Assembly: GCA_019745755.1 (NCBI GenBank)
Contig: JAIESS010000017.1
Location: forward strand, 1-27,376
DNA: 27,376 nt
Source: Alphaproteobacteria bacterium
Lineage (GTDB): Bacteria > Pseudomonadota > Alphaproteobacteria > Paracaedibacterales > JAKBAR01
Direction of reading: 5' to 3'
Shown: in pieces, positions 17,248 through 24,608 of the stretch
How the letters are laid out: every line of letters starts with the position of its first letter
Position numbering within the stretch: the stretch's first letter is position 1
Notes under the pieces: generated by a model
What the model was told of the DNA's origin: nothing
The model's input: the letters and a program-made list of their open reading frames with translations, nothing else
Database searches by the model: none
Translations under genes and position numbers: made by a program

Positions 17248-18144
17248 ATGGCAAATTTAGCAAATGCGGCACAACACCTTATTACGCACGGCGGTGACAA
17301 TCTGTTCAATATGGATAGCCATGAAAAGCGCCTTGAAAGTATTGCACAGCCCACTCTTCCCCTATCCGAAGAAAAAGAGATGCTCCATCAACTTTCTGAG
17401 TTTGAGCTTGGAAAATTTATTTTAAATAACAAAGGGCTTAATGGGTATTGGACAGCTTACTTGATTCTTCACGGTCCAAAACAAAATGATGTGTCACCTC
17501 TTGAGCATTGGCTTCTCCATGATGCCCCTGGCGTCAAAGCCACACGTGAACGGTTTCATATTTTTAAAGAACAGCTTCAAAACCGTATTCAACCAGAGAT
17601 GATACTCGCATCCATTCCTTGTGGGCTTATGGATGACCTTCTTAGTCTTGATTATGCAAGCGCTTCCGGTGTGCATCTTGTGGGTATTGACCTTGATCAA
17701 GAATCCCTCGACCTGGCAGAGAAAAATGCGCAAACAACACAATGTGCCCATATATCCTTTTTAAAGAAAAGCGCTTGGGACCTCGGGGTAACACATACAT
17801 TTGATCTTATAACGAGTAATGGTTTGAATATCTATGAGCCGGATGATGAAAAAGTCATTGCCTTGTACAAGGAGTTTTATAAAGCGCTAACGTTAAATGG
17901 TACACTCATCACGAGTTTTTTGACAACGCCACCCATGCTTGATACAAACTCCCCTTGGAAAATTCTTGACCCTGCAGCCCTTCAAAAACAAAAGGCTCTC
18001 TTTAATGATGTTATTGGTGTGACCTTTCAATGCTTTCGTACGGAAGCTCAAACACGAAGTCAACTCAAAGCAGCAGGGTTTAGTGCTATTGATATTATCT
18101 ATGACACCCAAGGTATGTTCCCAACGGTTATAGCGAAACAATAA
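17248..18144 (+). CDS. Class I SAM-dependent methyltransferase, substrate unknown
   Basis: Motif I variant LASIPCGLMDDL, LVGIDLD, SAWDL, FDLITSNGLNIYEPD, ALTLNGTLITSF. Start placed at ATG 17248 (GGGGAG RBS 7 nt upstream) rather than 17185. Confidence 0.8.
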   Translation: MANLANAAQHLITHGGDNLFNMDSHEKRLESIAQPTLPLSEEKEMLHQLSEFELGKFILNNKGLNGYWTAYLILHGPKQNDVSPLEHWLLHDAPGVKATRERFHIFKEQLQNRIQPEMILASIPCGLMDDLLSLDYASASGVHLVGIDLDQESLDLAEKNAQTTQCAHISFLKKSAWDLGVTHTFDLITSNGLNIYEPDDEKVIALYKEFYKALTLNGTLITSFLTTPPMLDTNSPWKILDPAALQKQKALFNDVIGVTFQCFRTEAQTRSQLKAAGFSAIDIIYDTQGMFPTVIAKQ

Positions 18145-18941
18145 TGCTGCAACAACTGATCACTCTCGCACAAGAAAAACGTATCCCGCCCATTCAATTG
18201 TGGGTAGGTGATCTCATTTCTTTAAATGATCATCTTGATCAGTTTACTGTGAGCCTTCTTGGTGAGCATCGTCCCCATCCGAATTTGTTTACGCTCATGC
18301 CCTTGGATGATAAAAAAGAAATCACCATGGAGCCCACGCGGGAGCTCCTCCATTTTCTTAAAACAACACCGACGCTGCCCACATGGCGTATTGTAACCAT
18401 CCGTGATGCGGAGCTATTGAATCGCCAAGCGACCAATGCTCTTCTTAAAATTCTTGAGGCGCCACCCAAGGATACGTTAATAATTTTGCTCTGTGCGTCC
18501 ATAGGGAAACTTTTACCAACATTATTGTCTCGTTGTACCAAGATGAGTTTTGGCGGCGCCCATCAAATGAGCATGGATGCAGAGGTGATGCAGCAACTGG
18601 GCAAGCTTATCACAACCATGACAGCGCGCGGTCCGGCCAGCATTCAAGAATCCATCGATGCCGTTCATGACACGGATTGTCCACGCTATGTGGAGGGGCT
18701 GCGTCCTTTTCTTCACAAGCTTTTAACATCCATCAAAGCGGATATCCCGTCCTCAAAAGGTATGGCTCAGCTCCTCACCTTGGTTCCCCATTCAAAATGG
18801 GTGGAGGCCTATACGGCGTGCAGTGATTATTTAGATCAAGCCATTCCTGCCCATCTTCCCATGCGTGAGATCCTACGTGGTGCATTGTATCTCATCCATA
18901 CACCTTCGATTGCGTATTCACTCAATACACATAAAATATAA
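18144..18941 (+). CDS. holB: DNA polymerase III subunit delta' (short form)
   Basis: HPNLFTL, EITMEPTREL, IRDAELLNRQATNALLKILEAPP and LLPTLLSRC (SRC motif); TAATG overlap with the methyltransferase stop. Confidence 0.85.
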   Translation: MLQQLITLAQEKRIPPIQLWVGDLISLNDHLDQFTVSLLGEHRPHPNLFTLMPLDDKKEITMEPTRELLHFLKTTPTLPTWRIVTIRDAELLNRQATNALLKILEAPPKDTLIILLCASIGKLLPTLLSRCTKMSFGGAHQMSMDAEVMQQLGKLITTMTARGPASIQESIDAVHDTDCPRYVEGLRPFLHKLLTSIKADIPSSKGMAQLLTLVPHSKWVEAYTACSDYLDQAIPAHLPMREILRGALYLIHTPSIAYSLNTHKI

Positions 18942-18960
18942 ATACTATTAATTGCATCTG

Positions 18961-18992
18961 TTAACTTAATATTAAATAATTATTTGTAGTAT
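18961..18992 (+). promoter_or_regulatory. CtrA-type box plus -10 upstream of the 19025 orphan
   Basis: TTAA-cttaata-TTAA (18961-18975), an 11-nt gap, TAGTAT (18987-18992). The region is very AT-rich with extra TTAA copies, so a chance match is more plausible here. Confidence 0.55.
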
Positions 18993-19024
18993 TTACTCAT
19001 AATGTAAATTTATGGGTGGGTATA

Positions 19025-19825
19025 ATGCGTGTATATGGTGTGTTTTTATGGAGTATTTTGTGGGTTTTTAATGTCACCGCCATGGAATCAAAGGCAAAAA
19101 ACTTAGAGGATGATGTATTAAGGAGTGATCGGTCCTTATCTCATGTACTAAGATCTTATCATTGGCTGGAAGAGACTCATCTAGAGCATATACCGCCCAT
19201 TATAGGGCCTGGAACAACCTCTTATTACGGTAATGTTGAACCGACATCACTTTATAAACTAGACACACATTTTGTCTTACCCACAGCACCTTACGTGCAT
19301 CCCTATGACCCTATTATTGGATATGATTATGTTCATGCCGCTTATTCTTTATCTCCCACGCTTACTATCAAAGCATTTTTTGAAGGTATGGATGTGGAGC
19401 ACAGCTTTCTTATTGCACAAAAGTTAGTGCAAACACCAGAGCCTCAGCTTTTAAGATTGCACGGCTTTATTCATGGAACGAATGCCGGTGTTGTGAATGC
19501 AAATGTAAGCGTGGCTGCACAGATTTTGTCATTAGACGATAATCCCGTTGTGTCTTTTGTGGGAGGAAGTCCCTTGCATATAGACGGTGTGCATTGCCAC
19601 GACGGCGTCGCATCCCCTAGTAATTTTGCCCTTCATGGTTGGCAAGAAATGGTTTTTGAGATTGCCCCCTATTGGCAAGCTTTTGGTCTTTATCTACCAG
19701 CTTCAAAAACAGCCGCACTCATGATTATGGGGCAAACTTTTTTTGATGAGACAATGACACAAGCGATGGGTGAGCCTATTTTAACAGAAGAAGCGGCTCA
19801 GTATCTTGGACATTTGTTGGGATAA
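19025..19825 (+). CDS. Hypothetical exported His-rich protein
   Basis: ORF track starts at GTG 19016; ATG 19025 gives a clean signal peptide MRVYGVFLWSILWVFNVTA-ME. No family recognised. Confidence 0.75.
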   Translation: MRVYGVFLWSILWVFNVTAMESKAKNLEDDVLRSDRSLSHVLRSYHWLEETHLEHIPPIIGPGTTSYYGNVEPTSLYKLDTHFVLPTAPYVHPYDPIIGYDYVHAAYSLSPTLTIKAFFEGMDVEHSFLIAQKLVQTPEPQLLRLHGFIHGTNAGVVNANVSVAAQILSLDDNPVVSFVGGSPLHIDGVHCHDGVASPSNFALHGWQEMVFEIAPYWQAFGLYLPASKTAALMIMGQTFFDETMTQAMGEPILTEEAAQYLGHLLG

Positions 19826-19845
19826 GAAAGGGATTAACGGAAAGT

Positions 19846-19882
19846 TAGAGGAAGAGTACATCCACGCACAACTTCTCCTCTA
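19846..19882. terminator. Possible bidirectional hairpin between convergent genes
   Basis: TAGAGGAAGAGT (19846-19857) and ACTTCTCCTCTA (19871-19882) pair at 10 of 12 positions plus one wobble; 13-nt loop; no clear U-tract. Confidence 0.3.
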
Positions 19883-20356
19883 CCCCTGATTCTTGAGAAT
19901 ACGGCTTTTATCCCGTTTCCAATCTCGTTCTTTGATAGTCTCGCGCTTGTCCACGGTATTTTTACCTTTTCCAAGAGCAAGCTCTAACTTCACGCGTCCC
20001 TTGTGATTGAAATACATGACGAGGGGAACAAGGGTAAGTCCTTTTTTACGAATGGCGCCAAGAAACTTGTTCATTTGCTTTTTACGCATGAGGAGTTTAC
20101 GGGGTCGCTTGGGCTCATGATTAAAATGGCGTGCTTGGGGGTATTCCGCAATGTTTGCGTTAAAAAGATAAATTTCTCCCTGCATTTCCCCAGCATGAGC
20201 CTCGTTAATACTACCCTTTCCTTGACGCAAGGATTTGAGTTCCGAGCCCACAAGCATAATACCCACTTGTAGAGTTTCAATAATTTCATAATCAAAACGG
20301 GCACGTCTGTTTTGGGCAGCAACCTTATAATTATCCTCAGGCTTATTTTTACTCAT
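19880..20356 (-). CDS. smpB: SsrA-binding protein
   Basis: NRRARFDYEIIET, GSELKSLRQG, HEPKRPRKLLM, ELALGKGK and DKRETIKERDWKR motifs. Confidence 0.98.
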   Translation of the reverse strand: MSKNKPEDNYKVAAQNRRARFDYEIIETLQVGIMLVGSELKSLRQGKGSINEAHAGEMQGEIYLFNANIAEYPQARHFNHEPKRPRKLLMRKKQMNKFLGAIRKKGLTLVPLVMYFNHKGRVKLELALGKGKNTVDKRETIKERDWKRDKSRILKNQG

Positions 20357-20359
20357 GGC

Positions 20360-21271
20360 TTAAACGATATCTATAGTTAGTGTTTTTAAAGCAGCATCAA
20401 CTTCAGGGTAATGAACTGCACTCATCGGCGTAAGGGGAAGACGCACTTCATTATAACAGAATCCAAGACGACTTACCGCATATTTTACAGGAACGGGGTT
20501 GACCTCATGAGAGAGGGCTGTGTCCATCCTCAAAAGAGCATCACGAAGCTCCGAAAAACGCACCCTATCCTCGTTCACCCAGGCGTCATAGAGCTTGGCC
20601 GAATGCCCTGGCAATACATTGGCCGTCACGGAAATACACCCGTGGGCACCGAGGGCAAGAGCTGGTGCAAAGGATGATGAATCACCTGCCAACACACTAA
20701 AAGGCTTTGTCTTCGGTATTCTGCCCTGTTGTTTAAGATCATCTATACCTTGTCGTATGAAAGCAAGACGGGTGATATCTGGGTGTGAATCTTTAATCCC
20801 TATAACATGGGGCAACGTTGCTAGTTCTAAGACAAGGTCAATGGGCATATCAACGCCTATGCGCCCTGGGTTATTGTAGAGAATAAGGGGCAGGTGAGTG
20901 ATTTCTGTTATGCGCTTAAAGTGCTCAAGAATACCGTCCACCTTGGGTTTCACATAAAAAGGTGCTGTCACAAGGGCTGCTGTACAGCCTAGATGTTGTG
21001 CTTGCTCTATAAGAACGAGACACTCATGAGTGCTGCCTGAGCTGCATCCCGCAATAATAGGAAAAATGGACCCGGCCCCTTGCAACGCCGTTTGGAGCAA
21101 AAAGTGGCGCTCATCAAGGGTGAGCATGGATCCTTCACCTGTAGACCCGCCTACAACCAATCCGTGGCTACCCTCATTAGCGTGAAACTGGACAAGCTTT
21201 TTAAAAGCTTCTACATCAACTTGCCCTTGCACAAAGGGCGTCACAACTGCGACAATGGAACCGAAAAACAT
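20360..21271 (-). CDS. dapA: 4-hydroxy-tetrahydrodipicolinate synthase
   Basis: AVVTPF, GSTGEG, LYNNPGR, catalytic Lys in GIKDS, GAHGCISVTAN and NPVPVKYA; the dapA-smpB order divergent from slt is the usual alphaproteobacterial arrangement. Confidence 0.93.
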   Translation of the reverse strand: MFFGSIVAVVTPFVQGQVDVEAFKKLVQFHANEGSHGLVVGGSTGEGSMLTLDERHFLLQTALQGAGSIFPIIAGCSSGSTHECLVLIEQAQHLGCTAALVTAPFYVKPKVDGILEHFKRITEITHLPLILYNNPGRIGVDMPIDLVLELATLPHVIGIKDSHPDITRLAFIRQGIDDLKQQGRIPKTKPFSVLAGDSSSFAPALALGAHGCISVTANVLPGHSAKLYDAWVNEDRVRFSELRDALLRMDTALSHEVNPVPVKYAVSRLGFCYNEVRLPLTPMSAVHYPEVDAALKTLTIDIV

Positions 21272-21292
21272 ACTTAAAAAAACTAATGTTAA

Positions 21293-23215
21293 ATGACTCC
21301 TCCAATACTAAGCTTTTCACAGGATTTTTTAAAGCACTACCATATACTCGCCCTCATTTTCTGCAGTGTTTTCTTAGCAGTCCCATGCATCGCTAGCAAA
21401 GGATGTCCCGTCAAAACATCTGTCCCTGGGAATTGGAGCGTCTTGAAAAATAAGGCTGACTGCGACCTTGCTCATAAAATTCTTATCTGGCAAGCCCTTG
21501 ATGATGGTGGGGCGACCTTTGAAGCCATTACGAATTTTTATAATGTAAACCCGTCGTGGCCCAATCAAGTCGCTCTTAAGCGCAAGGCAGAGCAAGCCAT
21601 TGATGATCATACCGACTCTCACAAAATCATTACATGGTTTCGTAAAAATTCCCCCGTAACAGCACCCGGTGTTATCGCCTTTGCTAAGGTAGCTACGTCG
21701 CCTAAGGATATTAAAACGCTTGAGGAAGTCTTTCCCAAGGTAGCCTTATCCAAAAAAGAGCTTCATACCCTTGTGAAGGTGGCGCGACATTTTCTTAAAG
21801 ATAAAGATTTTATCAATCGTTTTGATGAGCTTATGAAAACGAATCAGGTGAGCATGGCTGAGATGCTTATTCCGTTCTTGCCGCACTCCTATACACAGAT
21901 TGCAAAAGATCGGTTAAGTCTTGCGAAGGGGAAAACCGTCAAACGAAAAAATCTTACATTTCCTGGGTATTTGTGGCAATACGGCCTGTATTTGTTAAAG
22001 GCTGAAAAAAATGATGAGCTTGTCACATTTTTGAAAGAAAAAGTTGTGGTAAGCGCTGAGGTTTTAGATCCCGAACTTTGGTGGACAACCCTGCGTCGCA
22101 TTTTGCTTCGGCGTTTGCTTGATAGCGCACGTTACAAAGAAGCCTATACTGTAGCTACAGGAACAAAAGTAGATAAGGGCACAGAATTTGCGGAAGCAAA
22201 ATGGCTTGAGGGCTGGATTAATTTACGCTTTTTAAGACGTCCCAAGGAAGCTTTCAGGGAGTTTCAAGCACTTTACGATCGATCTGAAACAGCCCTTAAT
22301 CTGAGCAAAGGTGCCTATTGGGCAGCCCGTGCTGCAGATGCCCATGGGAATAAACAGCTAAAAAAAACATGGCTTGAAAAGGCTGCTAAACACCGCGCGA
22401 GTTTTTATGGACAACTTGCCAATGATACCCTTGAAAAACCTTTTCCACCAGAGGATCTTATTGTATCAAGGGCGGAAGATGCAGCTTTTGAAAACATGGA
22501 ACTTGTGCGGGTCATTCGTCTCCTTAAAAAAGTAGGAAATGTCGATCTCAGTGAACTTTTCTTTTGGAAACTTGCTATTAATGTATCAAAACCGGATGAG
22601 CATGAGCTTCTTATTAAGCTTGCGGCAGATGTGGCGGGTGCCCATGCAGCAGTTCAGGTGACAAAAATTGGCTCAAAGTATGTGATGCCTGTGATTGATG
22701 AAGCCTACCCTCATATCGAAAAAGCGCACATGCCATCACTATCCAATGAATTTAGTGTAAATATCCAAGCTCTTATTCATGCTATTATCCGCCAAGAGAG
22801 TCGCTTTAGAATGCAAGCAACGAGCCACCGTGGGGCCAAGGGGCTGATGCAGATTTTGGATGGGACGGCCCATCAGATTTCACGCGCGGATGGCATTCGT
22901 TATAGCAATATTTATGATCCCAAAAGCAATATTGCCCTTGGGGAAGCGTATATAAAAAGCTTTTTACGTCGTTATGATGGTTCGCTTATTCTTACGCTTG
23001 CAGCGTATAATGCCGGGCCAAACCGTGTGGACCGCTGGGTGAAACAATACGGTCGCCCGGGGGATAAAGAGGGATTCGAAGCCATTGAGTGGATTCAGAT
23101 GATCCCTTTTCGAGAAACCCGCCATTACGTCGAGCGGGTTTTAGAAAATTATTGGCGCTACTGCGTCTCCTTTGACGGTATCCCCATTAAAGCCTGGCAT
23201 AAAGCCCTGTTTTAA
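21293..23215 (+). CDS. slt: Soluble lytic murein transglycosylase (Slt70-like)
   Basis: C-terminal SLT domain IIRQESRF (catalytic Glu), GAKGLMQI, AAYNAGP, IPFRETRHYVERV; N-terminal alpha-superhelix; signal peptide. Confidence 0.92.
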   Translation: MTPPILSFSQDFLKHYHILALIFCSVFLAVPCIASKGCPVKTSVPGNWSVLKNKADCDLAHKILIWQALDDGGATFEAITNFYNVNPSWPNQVALKRKAEQAIDDHTDSHKIITWFRKNSPVTAPGVIAFAKVATSPKDIKTLEEVFPKVALSKKELHTLVKVARHFLKDKDFINRFDELMKTNQVSMAEMLIPFLPHSYTQIAKDRLSLAKGKTVKRKNLTFPGYLWQYGLYLLKAEKNDELVTFLKEKVVVSAEVLDPELWWTTLRRILLRRLLDSARYKEAYTVATGTKVDKGTEFAEAKWLEGWINLRFLRRPKEAFREFQALYDRSETALNLSKGAYWAARAADAHGNKQLKKTWLEKAAKHRASFYGQLANDTLEKPFPPEDLIVSRAEDAAFENMELVRVIRLLKKVGNVDLSELFFWKLAINVSKPDEHELLIKLAADVAGAHAAVQVTKIGSKYVMPVIDEAYPHIEKAHMPSLSNEFSVNIQALIHAIIRQESRFRMQATSHRGAKGLMQILDGTAHQISRADGIRYSNIYDPKSNIALGEAYIKSFLRRYDGSLILTLAAYNAGPNRVDRWVKQYGRPGDKEGFEAIEWIQMIPFRETRHYVERVLENYWRYCVSFDGIPIKAWHKALF

Positions 23216-23268
23216 TGGGGACAGCCTATTACTAACACTACCACTCATATTATTGGCGACAGGGCTCT

Positions 23269-24444
23269 CTACTTTTTCCATGCATTAAAGTGTCTCAACA
23301 TGGCCACTCGAGCGGCGAGATTATTAGCAAACGTTTGATACCATTCTGGATTATCTCTTCCCATAGAAACACCTATTGGTGATCCATCCCAACTATTATC
23401 ACCCGTCACATCTTTTATGACAAGCAATAAATTGTTATCAATATCAATGTGATTTAAGGCATTTAATGGATTGGATCGAATGCCGAAATAATCAGAATCA
23501 GCTGAGGTTCCAGGCCTTGTTAAAATTTCTGATGCTTTTACTGAAAACCCATCAACGGCTGCGCTTATCTTACCTTGTAGAGTAATGTCGGGAACTTGAC
23601 CATATCCATTATCTAAAAGGGTATCCCTAAGAACATCAGGTATAATAGTGGTAATAAAATCTTTGTTAATGACTGGCATCTGCACACCAGAAATATCTTT
23701 TATTCTATCTTTTATATTCAATTTTTTTGTTTCTTGTATCCAGAAATTTATTTTATCCTGAACCGCTTGTACAATAGGGGCATTTGGCTTAAACAAATTA
23801 TCAGACGTGAAGTGCTTAGACACATCCACCTTGAACCATGCCTGTGCAATATCCATCAAAGCATGGGCATAAAGACTTTGAACAATGGCCTGATGCTGTG
23901 TTTTTTTATCGTCTTTATTCTTCAAGAAATATTGTTCTGTTCCTGGATTACTAAAAATATTCAATACTCCAAAAACGTTATTATTACTGTTTTTCAAAGC
24001 ATCCAACATAAAAAATTCGGCGGATATATAAATCCCCTCTATAATTACTTTAAATTCTTCTAGGGAAGGTCCTTTTGTGAGATCAATGTTAAACTGTTTG
24101 TCGCCATAAAGTGTCTGATGAAGGCGAGCTGCTGTATTTATGGTATCCACTAATGAGCCACTTCCCATTAATAACTGATCCCTTTTTGACTTAAGGTCAT
24201 TCGTAAGAGCTTCTATTACTTGGTCCCATGTTTGTTGGACTTTCACATCTTTGTCACCCTTCGATGAAGAATTTAATGTTAACTTCGACGGGGTCCCACT
24301 ACCCTTACCTAGTGATAACGTCAACGGCTTACCATCCGCTGCATATGTTGGGTAGGATGCAAGAACGATTCCGGTCCCCATAAGAGCCGTTGTGAGCAAA
24401 AGAGCCTTCGCAGTGCCTCCCAATGATTGTCCTATGTTTTTCAT
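23269..24444 (-). CDS. Hypothetical exported protein
   Basis: 391-aa ORF; extended signal peptide with LLLTTAL and a YA-AD cleavage-like site; no Cys; lower GC than the flanking slt and alaS. No family recognised. Confidence 0.8.
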   Translation of the reverse strand: MKNIGQSLGGTAKALLLTTALMGTGIVLASYPTYAADGKPLTLSLGKGSGTPSKLTLNSSSKGDKDVKVQQTWDQVIEALTNDLKSKRDQLLMGSGSLVDTINTAARLHQTLYGDKQFNIDLTKGPSLEEFKVIIEGIYISAEFFMLDALKNSNNNVFGVLNIFSNPGTEQYFLKNKDDKKTQHQAIVQSLYAHALMDIAQAWFKVDVSKHFTSDNLFKPNAPIVQAVQDKINFWIQETKKLNIKDRIKDISGVQMPVINKDFITTIIPDVLRDTLLDNGYGQVPDITLQGKISAAVDGFSVKASEILTRPGTSADSDYFGIRSNPLNALNHIDIDNNLLLVIKDVTGDNSWDGSPIGVSMGRDNPEWYQTFANNLAARVAMLRHFNAWKK

Positions 24445-24481
24445 AACTGTTTCCCTTGAATAAATAAAAATCTCTATCCTT

Positions 24482-24513
24482 AGGGTAGAACCAAAAAGTT
24501 AATACTTTCTTAA
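24482..24513 (-). promoter_or_regulatory. CtrA-type box plus -10 upstream of the 391-aa orphan
   Basis: Minus strand TTAA-gaaagta-TTAAC (24513-24498); TACCCT at 24487-24482, 11 nt after the second TTAA. Confidence 0.7.
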
Positions 24514-24608
24514 AAAAATTAAAAAAATGTTGTGGGAAAAATCTTTCGAAAACGGCTCAGGACGACTATAAATAAAGTAGTCCTATCTTTTATTCTTATG
24601 CTTTTTAT

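Noticed and set aside
19834-19848. One-mismatch CtrA-like site TTAA-cggaaag-TTAG
   Set aside because: Lies between convergent stop codons with no -10-like hexamer at the 11-nt offset on either strand. It shows that near-matches arise by chance, so the 16275 site deserves caution.
19826-20400. tmRNA (ssrA) near smpB, and tRNA, rRNA or CRISPR arrays anywhere in the window
   Set aside because: No intergenic space next to smpB; no tRNA-like cloverleaf, rRNA sequence or regularly spaced repeats were seen.
23217-23271. Short IS-end-like strings (minus strand TAGGCTGTCCCC and AGAGCCCTGTCGCC; also TAGGCTGTGG near 14480) resembling the end at 12593
   Set aside because: Matches are only 6-8 nt, do not form a proper inverted pair and have no transposase remnant; a genome-wide repeat search would be needed.
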